From the NCBI RefSeq assembly GCF_025354435.1, contig NZ_JANXMU010000024.1:2949-66948 (forward strand): 64,000 nucleotides of DNA, written 5' to 3'. Under the pieces are notes generated by a model. That model ran no database searches, was not told the DNA's origin, and was given only the letters and a program-made list of their open reading frames with translations. Below, piece after piece: positions 55,441 to 63,436 of this stretch (the stretch's first letter is position 1; every line of letters begins with the position of its first letter). Source of the DNA: Rhodoferax sp. (GTDB lineage Bacteria > Pseudomonadota > Gammaproteobacteria > Burkholderiales > Burkholderiaceae_C). Position numbers and translations under genes: made by a program.

Positions 55441-56307
55441 ATGAAGAAGATCCTCAGTGTCCACAACGCACCCCGCCCGCACTGGGTGGGCGACGGTTTC
55501 CCGGTGCGTTCCATGTTCAGCTACGGCAGCGAGAGCGCGCAGCTGAGCCCGTTCCTGCTGCTGGACTATGCCGGCCCGGCGCAGTTTGCGCCCACCACCC
55601 GTCCGCGCGGCGTGGGCCAGCATCCGCACCGTGGCTTCGAGACGGTGACCATCGTGTACCAGGGTGAAGTCGCGCACAAGGATTCCACTGGCGCGGGTGG
55701 GCTCATCGGTCCGGGCGACGTGCAGTGGATGACGGCAGCCGGCGGCATCCTGCACGAGGAGTTCCATTCGCCTGCTTTCACCCAGAGCGGCGGAACGCTG
55801 GAAATGGTGCAGCTCTGGGTCAACCTGCCCGCCAAGGACAAGATGGCTTCGCCCGGCTACCAGAACTTGCTGAACGCCGATATTCCGTCCGTGGCTTTGC
55901 CTGACGGTGCCGGTAGCGTGCGGGTGATTGCCGGGGCCTTCGACGGCCACCACGGCCCGGCGCATACCTTTACGCCTATCGATGTGTGGGATGTACGCCT
56001 GAACCAAGGCGCGACCAGCCGGTTCAGCGTGCCAGCGGGCCGTACGCTGGCGCTGGTGGTGCTGCACGGCACGGTGCTGGTGAATGGCAGTGAGGTCGTG
56101 CGGGAAGCGCAACTGGTGCAATTTGACCGGGACGGCAGCGATGTACAGATCGAAGCCAACACCGATGCCACCGTGTTGCTGCTCAGCGGCGAGCCGATCG
56201 ACGAGCCCATCGTCGGCCACGGGCCGTTCGTGATGAACAGCCAAGCCGAGATCGTCCAGGCGATCAGTGATTTTCAGGCCGGCCGCTTCGGGCAGATGCA
56301 TGCCTGA
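55441..56307 (+). CDS. Pirin family protein
   Basis: 288 aa. ..GVGQHPHRGFETVTIVYQGEVAHKDS.. is the cupin metal site. Confidence 0.9.
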   Translation: MKKILSVHNAPRPHWVGDGFPVRSMFSYGSESAQLSPFLLLDYAGPAQFAPTTRPRGVGQHPHRGFETVTIVYQGEVAHKDSTGAGGLIGPGDVQWMTAAGGILHEEFHSPAFTQSGGTLEMVQLWVNLPAKDKMASPGYQNLLNADIPSVALPDGAGSVRVIAGAFDGHHGPAHTFTPIDVWDVRLNQGATSRFSVPAGRTLALVVLHGTVLVNGSEVVREAQLVQFDRDGSDVQIEANTDATVLLLSGEPIDEPIVGHGPFVMNSQAEIVQAISDFQAGRFGQMHA

Positions 56308-56346
56308 TGGAGAGCCGGGCCTGTGCATTGCCGCCCAGGCCCGGTT

Positions 56347-56742
56347 TTAGTTGGCGGGCACCGGCACGATGGTGACGCTCTCGCGCAGCACGCCGCCGCT
56401 TTGCGCGCTGCCCTCTACGCCCTCGGGCTGGCGCATGCGGGCTTCGCAGTCTTTACGGTCATCGCCCTGGAACACGGCACAGCGGCGCAAGGCGTTTTGC
56501 TGGTACTCCGAAGGTGCTTCCGTTGTCAGGCCACCCCGGCGGGATTCGGCCAGGGCGCGCTCGGCTTCGATTTTGCAGGTGGCGACATTCTGGTTGGACT
56601 TGCCGCTGTTGCACAGCGCCATGTCTTGCTTGTAGCGGGCCTGGGCACTGGCGGAAGCGGCGGGGTCGGCGGCCTGTGCTGCCGCGGTGCACAGCAGTGC
56701 GGTCAAAAATAGGGTGCGGCAAAGGGTGGTGCGAATGGACAT
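56347..56742 (-). CDS. Secreted Cys-containing hypothetical protein
   Basis: ATG 56742 gives MSIRTTLCRTLFLTALLCTAAAQA, a signal peptide. The mature part has four Cys. I recognise no family. Confidence 0.55.
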   Translation of the reverse strand: MSIRTTLCRTLFLTALLCTAAAQAADPAASASAQARYKQDMALCNSGKSNQNVATCKIEAERALAESRRGGLTTEAPSEYQQNALRRCAVFQGDDRKDCEARMRQPEGVEGSAQSGGVLRESVTIVPVPAN

Positions 56743-56827
56743 GGTGGAATCCTGGATAGTCATCAGGCAACCAATATGCGCCTCGGCGCGGCTGCCGTCT
56801 GTGCGGCGGCGCACATACCGACCATAC

Positions 56828-56893
56828 TATATTTTTAATAGCTGCTAGTGTAGGTAGTACATACGCTAGAGGCCTATTTTTTATAAATTTTTA
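56828..56893 (-). repeat. AT-rich repeat family copy overlapping the MocR stop codon
   Basis: tatatttttaatagctgctagtgtaggtagtacatacgctagaggcctattttttataaattttt. The last codons AKNL-stop of the MocR gene lie inside it. Confidence 0.85.
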
Positions 56894-58293
56894 GCCAGAG
56901 CTCCCAACGTTGCCATGGCTGCTTCCATCCGGGCATCCCAGGGGTGGCCGAAGTTCAGGCGGATGCAGTGGCGCAAACCTTGCCGGGCCGAGAACATGGG
57001 CCCCGGCGCGATGCTGATGCCCTGGACCAGCGCCTGCTGGTGCAAGGCCAGTGCGTCAAAGCCGGGCGCAAACGCCACCCACACAAAGTAGCCGCCACCG
57101 GGCTGTGACACTTGCACGTCGGCCGGAAAGTAGCGGGCAATGGCCGCCACCAGGCTGGCGTGTTGCGACTCCAGCACATGGCGCAGGCGGCGCAGGTGCT
57201 TGTCGTAGCCGCTGTGCTGCAGGTAGTCGGCCAGGGCCACCTGGGCGGGCAGGCTGGCACCCAGGGTGGTCATCAGCTTGAGCTGCGCAATCCGCGGGCC
57301 AAAGCGCCCGGGGGCCACCCAGCCCACCCGGTAGCCCGGGGCCAGGGTTTTGCTGAAGGAGCTGCAGTGCATCACCAGGCCTTGCTGGTCGTAGGCCTTG
57401 GCGGGTAGCGGGGCCTGGCTGCCGAAGTACAGCTCGCCGTACACATCGTCTTCGATCAGCGGAATCTGGCGGGCCGCCAGCAGGGCCACCAGCCGCTGCT
57501 TGCCCGCCGCCGACAGGCTGGCCCCGGTGGGGTTCTGGAAGCTGGTCATGAACCAACAGGCCTTGACCGGGTGGCGGTTCAAGGCCTGCTCCAGTGCGTC
57601 CAAGTCCAGGCCGTGCTGGGGGTGCACGGGGATTTCCAGCGCCCGCATCTTCAGCCGCTCCAGCGTTTGCAGGCTGGCGTAAAAGCCGGGCGACTCCACC
57701 GCCACCAGGTCGCCGGGCTGGGCCACGGCGGCCAGGCACAGATTCAGCGCTTCGAGTGCGCCGCTGGTCACCACCAGGTCTTCGGGCGGCTGGGCCATGC
57801 CCATGGCCAGGTAGCGCAGCGCAATCTGCTGGCGCAGCCCGGCATGGCCCTGCGGCAGGTGCTGCACCGATTCCCATGGCTGGCTGCGGCGCATGCTGCG
57901 GCCCAGCGACTGGGCCAGGCGCTGTAGTGGAAACAGCGCGGGCGAGGGAAAGGCCGAACCCAGCGGCGCAATGTCGCGCTGCTGGGCTGCGTCCAGCACC
58001 GCAAACACCAGGCCGCTGATGTCCACCCGGGCCGCCACCTGCGCGGGCGCGGCCAGCGCCCGGGGTGCCGGGGCGGGCAGGGCGACGGCTCCGGTGACGA
58101 AGTAGCCCGAGCGTTCACGCGCCCGCACCAGGCCCTTTTCTTCCAGCCGGTAATAGGCCTGGAAGGCGGTGGACGGGCTGATGCCGTACTGCGCCGTGAG
58201 CGTGCGGATGGACGGCATGCGGCTGCCTGGCGCGCGCTGGCCAGAGCGGATGTCGGTGGCCAGCAGATCGGCGAGTTGTTCGTAACGTTTTAT
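56881..58293 (-). CDS. MocR-type regulator (GntR wHTH fused to a PLP aminotransferase-like domain); start codon unresolved
   Basis: The aminotransferase-like body is clear. The first canonical start (ATG 58218, the track start) lies inside the wHTH. The frame stays open upstream to 58350 and encodes ..IKRYEQLADLLATDIRSGQRAPGSR-M-PSIRTLTAQYGISPSTAF. ATA 58293 would give the expected N-terminus. Confidence 0.7.
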   Translation of the reverse strand: MKRYEQLADLLATDIRSGQRAPGSRMPSIRTLTAQYGISPSTAFQAYYRLEEKGLVRARERSGYFVTGAVALPAPAPRALAAPAQVAARVDISGLVFAVLDAAQQRDIAPLGSAFPSPALFPLQRLAQSLGRSMRRSQPWESVQHLPQGHAGLRQQIALRYLAMGMAQPPEDLVVTSGALEALNLCLAAVAQPGDLVAVESPGFYASLQTLERLKMRALEIPVHPQHGLDLDALEQALNRHPVKACWFMTSFQNPTGASLSAAGKQRLVALLAARQIPLIEDDVYGELYFGSQAPLPAKAYDQQGLVMHCSSFSKTLAPGYRVGWVAPGRFGPRIAQLKLMTTLGASLPAQVALADYLQHSGYDKHLRRLRHVLESQHASLVAAIARYFPADVQVSQPGGGYFVWVAFAPGFDALALHQQALVQGISIAPGPMFSARQGLRHCIRLNFGHPWDARMEAAMATLGALAKNL

Positions 58294-58333
58294 GCGCAGC
58301 TTTCCATCTGAGCTGTAGATTTTTACATTTTTG
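58278..58333 (-). repeat. Probable diverged AT-rich repeat family copy over the MocR 5' end
   Basis: ..ttttatgcgcagctttccatctgagctgtagatttttacattttt resembles the family arm cgctagagctctattttttataaat. It is an AT-rich patch in a GC-rich gene. Confidence 0.4.
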
Positions 58334-58405
58334 GCATCTGGTATGGTTTTTTAAATGCCCACTGCTGCTGTCCCTGGCAGCCGCGCTGAGGCATGATTCC
58401 CCATC

Positions 58406-59113
58406 GTGAAAAACCTCTTTATTGCTCTGTTCTTAATGGTCGCCACGGCCAGCCAGGCCGCTCAACCATTGATAGCGCCGTTTGAAGACACCATCGCCCA
58501 GCGCACCCAGGCCTGCACCGCCTGCCACGGCAAAGAGGGCCGTGCCGCCAGCGACGGCTATTACCCGCGCATTGCGGGCAAACCGGCGGGCTATCTGTAC
58601 CACCAGTTGCTCAACTTCCGCGACGGCCGCCGCCACTACGGGCTGATGGCGCAGATGGTCGATCCGCTCAGCGATGCCTACCTGATGGAGATCGCGCAGT
58701 ACTTTTCGCAGCTGGACTTGCCATACCCCGCGCCCCAGCCCACCAATGTGACGGCCGAGGTGCTGCGCCGGGGCCAGACCCTGGTGCAACAGGGCGATGC
58801 CACGCGCCAGATCCCCGCTTGCGTCCAATGCCACGGTGCCGCGCTCACCGGCGTGGCCCCCAACATCCCCGGCCTGCTGGGCCTGCCGCGCGATTACCTG
58901 AACGCGCAGCTGGGGGCCTGGCGCACCGGCCAACGCCGTGCCCACGCACCCGACTGCATGGGCACCGTGGCGCGCCAGCTGAGCCCGGACGAGGTGAACG
59001 CCGCCACCAGTTGGCTGGCCGCCCAGCCCCTGCCTGCCAACACCCACCCAGCGACCGCGCTGCCTGCCTTGTTGCCGGGTGCCAAGGTAGTGGCCTGCGG
59101 GAGCGCACCATGA
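58406..59113 (+). CDS. Dihaem c-type cytochrome (cytochrome c4-like)
   Basis: GTG 58406. The signal peptide is MKNLFIALFLMVATASQA. There are two CxxCH motifs (CTACH, CVQCH). Confidence 0.85.
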   Translation: MKNLFIALFLMVATASQAAQPLIAPFEDTIAQRTQACTACHGKEGRAASDGYYPRIAGKPAGYLYHQLLNFRDGRRHYGLMAQMVDPLSDAYLMEIAQYFSQLDLPYPAPQPTNVTAEVLRRGQTLVQQGDATRQIPACVQCHGAALTGVAPNIPGLLGLPRDYLNAQLGAWRTGQRRAHAPDCMGTVARQLSPDEVNAATSWLAAQPLPANTHPATALPALLPGAKVVACGSAP

Positions 59114-60366
59114 AGAAAATTGTCCTCGGCTTGTGTGCCTTGGCCGTAGGCCTGGCTGCGGTGGTGTGGCAGCTGAACACCCGCGACGAGCCCGACCTGT
59201 CTGCTGCTGCGCCCGCGCTCAACGCCACGCCCGAGCTGCTGGAGCGTGGTGCCTACCTGGCCCGCGCGGGCAACTGCGCGGCCTGCCACACCACCCGGGG
59301 TGGTACGCCGTACGCCGGGGGGCGCGGTATCGACACACCGTTTGGCATGGTCTACAGCAGCAACCTCACGCCCGATGTGCGCACCGGCATCGGCAGCTGG
59401 TCGTCGGCAGAGTTCTGGCGGGCCCTGCACAATGGCCGCTCCAAGGATGGGCGGCTGCTGTACCCGGCCTTTCCCTACCCTAGCTACACCACGGTCACCC
59501 GCGCCGACTCGGACGCGCTCTACGCCTATCTGCACAGCCTGCCTGCCACAGCCCAGCCTGCCACACCGCACGCACTGCGCTGGCCGTTCAACCAGCAGGC
59601 AGCCCTGGCCGTGTGGCGCGCGCTGTACTTCACGCCCGCCAGCTTCCAGCCCGAATCGACCCATTCGGCCGAGTGGAACCGCGGTGCCTACCTGGTGCGC
59701 GGCCTGGGCCACTGCGGTGCTTGCCACACCGCGCGCAACGCCCTGGGCGCGACAGACGACCGGCTGGATCTGGCAGGCGGGTTGATTCCGGTGCAAAACT
59801 GGTATGCGCCCTCACTCACCTCCGCCCAGGAGGCCAGCGTGCACGACTGGCCGCTGGAAGATGCCGTGCGCCTGCTGCAAACCGGCCAGGCCCCGCAAGG
59901 CACGGTGCTGGGCCCCATGGCCGAGGTGGTGCAGCAAAGCACCCAGTACCTCACGCCCCAAGATTTGACCGCCATGGCCACCTACCTCAAAGCCCTGCCG
60001 CAAACGGTGGTGGAATCTGCGCACGCCGTGCCCACCACGCCCCGCAATGTGGAGCGCGGCGCGAAGCTGTACGAACAGCACTGCGCCCAATGCCACGGCG
60101 CGCAGGGCCAGGGCGTAGCCGGTGCGTATCCGCCGCTGGCCGGCAACCGCGCCGTCACCATGGCCAGCACGGCGAACCTGGTGCACGTGGTGCGCAATGG
60201 CGGCTTTGCCCTGGCCACCGCGGGCAACCCGCGCCCGTTTGGCATGCCGCCCTTTGTGCTGGTGCTGAACGATGCCGACATCGCCGCCGTGCTGACCCAC
60301 ATCCGCGGCACCTGGGGCAACCAGGCGGCGGGGGTTACTGAGTTGGAGGTCAACCGCCTGCGCTGA
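59110..60366 (+). CDS. Trihaem c-type cytochrome (dehydrogenase cytochrome-c-subunit-like)
   Basis: Internal ATG 59110 overlaps the upstream stop (ATGA). MKKIVLGLCALAVGLAAVVW.. There are three CxxCH motifs (CAACH, CGACH, CAQCH). Confidence 0.85.
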   Translation: MKKIVLGLCALAVGLAAVVWQLNTRDEPDLSAAAPALNATPELLERGAYLARAGNCAACHTTRGGTPYAGGRGIDTPFGMVYSSNLTPDVRTGIGSWSSAEFWRALHNGRSKDGRLLYPAFPYPSYTTVTRADSDALYAYLHSLPATAQPATPHALRWPFNQQAALAVWRALYFTPASFQPESTHSAEWNRGAYLVRGLGHCGACHTARNALGATDDRLDLAGGLIPVQNWYAPSLTSAQEASVHDWPLEDAVRLLQTGQAPQGTVLGPMAEVVQQSTQYLTPQDLTAMATYLKALPQTVVESAHAVPTTPRNVERGAKLYEQHCAQCHGAQGQGVAGAYPPLAGNRAVTMASTANLVHVVRNGGFALATAGNPRPFGMPPFVLVLNDADIAAVLTHIRGTWGNQAAGVTELEVNRLR

Positions 60367-60442
60367 TCCTTCCCCCAAAAGAAGGATGCCCCCAAGGCCT
60401 GGGGTGCCCACAATGGAGGTCTTCCCTTTCGAGGAGACAAGC

Positions 60443-63370
60443 ATGGACTATCTTTTGGTGCGGGGCAGCCAAGGCCCTGCGGTGCAAAAACTGCGCACGG
60501 CATTGGCCAAAGAACTGGGCGCAGATGCCCAGGCCTTTCCGGGCCTGGACCAGGGCGACGAGATGGCGGTCGATGTAGAGGCCGCCGCCCGGCGCTGGCA
60601 GTCGGGTGTGGGCCTGGTGGCCGACGGGGTGGTGGGGCCGTACTGCCTGCAACTGCTGGATTTGCGCCCAGCCCCGAAGTTTGAAGTTCCCTTGACGCTG
60701 GAACTGGTGCGCCAGTTGTTCCCGGCCACCAAACCCGCCAACATCGCCCGCTACCTGCCCTACGTGGCTGCCGCGCTGGACGCGCTGGGGCTGACCGACT
60801 GGCCCATGGTCTGCGCCGCCCTGAGCAGCATCCGCGCCGAGACCGAAGGCTTTTTACCACTCTCTGAATTCCAGTCGCAATTCAACACCGCGCCAGGCGG
60901 CATGCCGTTTGGTTTGTACGAGCCGGGCACCGGGCCGGGCAAGCGCGTGGGCAATACCCAGCCGGGCGACGGTGCCCGTTTCAAGGGGCGCGGCTTTGTG
61001 CAACTGACCGGGCGCGACAACTACACCCGCTACGGCAAAGCGCTGGAGATCGATCTGGGCGTGGTGCAGGTTAACAATGCCGATCTGGCCAATGCCCCCG
61101 AGATTGCTGCGCTGCTGCTGGCCCGGTTTCTGGCCGACAAGGCCGAGCCTTTGCGTGCCGCACTGGCGGCGGGCAATCTGGCTGCAGCGCGCAAGCTGGT
61201 CAACGGCGGTAGCCATGGGCTGGACCGTTTCAAGGACGTGTTTGTGCGGGCGGGCAAGATTGCCGGGCCCGCGGCCAAAACCCCCACCGTGGGCGCGGGT
61301 GCCGCTGCCAAGGCCGCGCCTGTACGGTTGGGTGCCGAGCGCCAGCTCAAGGTGCGCAAAGACCCCATCGACCTGAAAGACCGGGCCTACCAGCCGCCCC
61401 CGCTGGGTCTGCAGGCTGCGTACCCCAGCGATGCCGACATTAAAAAATACCTGCCCGCCTATACCGCTGCCGACCTGATACTGGACCAGGGCAACGAAGG
61501 CGCTTGTACCGGCTACGGCCTGGCCTGCGTGGTCAACTACCTGCGCTGGTACAAGGCTGATGACAAAAATAAAATTGATCCTGTCAGCCCGCGCATGCTC
61601 TACAGCTACGCCCGCCGCTACGACGAATACGCGGGCGAAGACTACAGCGGCTCCAGCTGCCGGGGCGCGCTCAAGGGCTGGTTTAACCACGGTGTCTGCC
61701 TGGACGCGTACTGGCGCAAGAATGACCCGCAACCCCGTTACGGCTTCGCCAAGAATGCCACTGACCAGACCTTGGGCGTGTACTACCGCATCGCCCTGCA
61801 ATCCATCACCGACCTGCAGGCCGCCATCCAGGCCGTGGGCGCGGTGTATGTGTCGGCCCTGACCCACGACGGTTGGCACGACGTGCCCACCACCAAGGCG
61901 CTCCCCAGCGGGCACAAAGATATTCCGCTGATCGCCTTCGATGGCCGCCCGGCCGAAGGCGGTGGCCACGCCTTTGCGCTGGTGGGTTTCAACGCCCAGG
62001 GTTTCATCGTGCAGAACTCCTGGGGCACCCAGTTCGGCATGGGCGGCTTTGCCGTGCTGGGTTATGCCGACTGGCTGGCCAATGGCATGGACGCGTGGGT
62101 GGTGGCGCTGGGCGTGCCCGGCGTAGTAGAAGGGCGCATCAGCGTCACGGCTTCGGGCGGCGTGGACAGCGCGGGGCGGGCGGGTGCGGTCAACACCAGC
62201 CTGTGGTGGAGCGCCGACCAGGCCTACCAGCACAGTGTGGTGCTGGGAGACGATGGCCGCGTGAGCCATTACCTGACCGAAGACGCGCTCAGCCGCACCC
62301 TGGCTTACCAGGTTTGTGAGCTGCCCAACGCCTGGTTCCGCGATCCGGCCCACGGGCCGCTGGACGGCAAAAAACGCATCGTCATCTATGCCCACGGCGG
62401 CCTCAACAGCGAGGCCGATGCCATCAAGCGCGCCCGCGCGATGGGGCGGCATTTCGAGGCGAATGGCTGCTACCCGCTGTTCCTGGTCTGGAAGACCGGG
62501 CTGCTGGAATCCATCAACGGCATCTTGCACAAGCAAAGCCGCCAGGAGCCGGGGCTGGCGGGTGGCTGGTTCGACGAGCTGGCCGAGAATGTCACCGAGA
62601 AGACTGACCTGGCCATCGAGTCCACCATCGGCCGTGGCCTGGTGCGCCCGGTGTGGACCCAGATGAAGGATGTCGCCGAGCTGGCGTTTGAAACCCGGCG
62701 CGGCGGCGAGCAAATCATCCGTGCCCTGCAGCAGCTGATGGACACCTGGGGCGACCAGTTGGAAATCCATCTGGCCGGCCATTCCGCAGGTTCCATTTTG
62801 CTGGGTCACATGTTGGACGGTTTGGCCTACCGCCAAATGCCGATCGAGAAAATCAACTCCATCCACCTGTACGCACCCGCCTGCAGCGTGGCCTTTGCCA
62901 ACCAGTGCTACGCAAGCAACAAAAAAATCATGGAGCGGCTGTACATAGACATGCTGTCCGACACACGGGAGCGTGACGACAGCGTGGCGGGCATCTACCG
63001 CAAGTCGCTGCTGTACCTGGTGTCGGGTGCGCTGGAGACCGACCTGCGCACGCCGATCGCGGGCATGGCCAAGGTTTATGGCAGCGGCGATGGCGGCTGG
63101 GACGGCAGCTCCAGCACCAACGAGAGCCTGAACGTGTGGCGGCGCGCGGTGCAAGATGCCAAGCTCAAGAGCGCGGGGCGGTTGGTGGAAATCAGCGCCG
63201 ACAAAGTCTGCACCGCTCTGGCCGCCCCCCGCCGCGCCGACCCCAGCAATGTGATGATTGCCGCCGACCACGGCAGTTTCGACAACAACATCGACGTGAT
63301 CACCCGCACGCTGGAGGTGGTGCTGGGCGGCAAGCTGTTGCAGCCGGTAGACGACTTGCGGGGCTTTTAG
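60443..63370 (+). CDS. 975-aa four-module protein without a signal peptide: PG_binding_1 + GH19/COG3179 lysozyme-like + papain-family (C1) cysteine peptidase + GxSxG alpha/beta-hydrolase
   Basis: ATG 60443 lies 6 nt after GAGGAG. Motifs seen: GLVADGVVGPYCLQLL; SIRAETEGF and FKGRGFVQLTGRDNY; DQGNEGACTG, GGGHAFALVG and VQNSWG; IVIYAHGGLN and HLAGHSAGS. See the finding for coordinates. Confidence 0.85.
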   Translation: MDYLLVRGSQGPAVQKLRTALAKELGADAQAFPGLDQGDEMAVDVEAAARRWQSGVGLVADGVVGPYCLQLLDLRPAPKFEVPLTLELVRQLFPATKPANIARYLPYVAAALDALGLTDWPMVCAALSSIRAETEGFLPLSEFQSQFNTAPGGMPFGLYEPGTGPGKRVGNTQPGDGARFKGRGFVQLTGRDNYTRYGKALEIDLGVVQVNNADLANAPEIAALLLARFLADKAEPLRAALAAGNLAAARKLVNGGSHGLDRFKDVFVRAGKIAGPAAKTPTVGAGAAAKAAPVRLGAERQLKVRKDPIDLKDRAYQPPPLGLQAAYPSDADIKKYLPAYTAADLILDQGNEGACTGYGLACVVNYLRWYKADDKNKIDPVSPRMLYSYARRYDEYAGEDYSGSSCRGALKGWFNHGVCLDAYWRKNDPQPRYGFAKNATDQTLGVYYRIALQSITDLQAAIQAVGAVYVSALTHDGWHDVPTTKALPSGHKDIPLIAFDGRPAEGGGHAFALVGFNAQGFIVQNSWGTQFGMGGFAVLGYADWLANGMDAWVVALGVPGVVEGRISVTASGGVDSAGRAGAVNTSLWWSADQAYQHSVVLGDDGRVSHYLTEDALSRTLAYQVCELPNAWFRDPAHGPLDGKKRIVIYAHGGLNSEADAIKRARAMGRHFEANGCYPLFLVWKTGLLESINGILHKQSRQEPGLAGGWFDELAENVTEKTDLAIESTIGRGLVRPVWTQMKDVAELAFETRRGGEQIIRALQQLMDTWGDQLEIHLAGHSAGSILLGHMLDGLAYRQMPIEKINSIHLYAPACSVAFANQCYASNKKIMERLYIDMLSDTRERDDSVAGIYRKSLLYLVSGALETDLRTPIAGMAKVYGSGDGGWDGSSSTNESLNVWRRAVQDAKLKSAGRLVEISADKVCTALAAPRRADPSNVMIAADHGSFDNNIDVITRTLEVVLGGKLLQPVDDLRGF

Positions 63371-63389
63371 CGGCGCAGAGTGGGGCGTG

Positions 63390-63416
63390 GTGCCAAAGCT
63401 TGTACAGTTTTGGCAC
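63390..63416 (+). terminator. Hairpin terminator after the four-module gene
   Basis: GTGCCAAA-gcttgtacagt-TTTGGCAC starts 20 nt after the stop and is followed by ttcagcgtttt, a weak U-tract. Confidence 0.5.
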
Positions 63417-63436
63417 TTCAGCGTTTTAGGCTTTCC

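Noticed and set aside
6171-56893. Could the repeated ~65-bp elements be a CRISPR array or a set of att/IS ends?
   Set aside because: They are dispersed at irregular multi-kb spacing and in both orientations. There are no spacer-like regular units, no cas genes, and no transposase or integrase in the window. I could not identify target-site duplications.
60386-60442. Upstream starts ATG 60386 / 60413 for the four-module protein
   Set aside because: GAAGG abuts ATG 60386 with no spacer. ATG 60443 has GAGGAG at the ideal 6-nt spacing. The extra 19 residues (MPPRPGVPTMEVFPFEETS) add no signal peptide or domain.
60443-63416. The four-module protein as a prophage endolysin cassette
   Set aside because: There are no holin, spanin, terminase, capsid, tail or integrase genes nearby. 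The flanking genes are cytochromes and an amidohydrolase. The GC content looks native.
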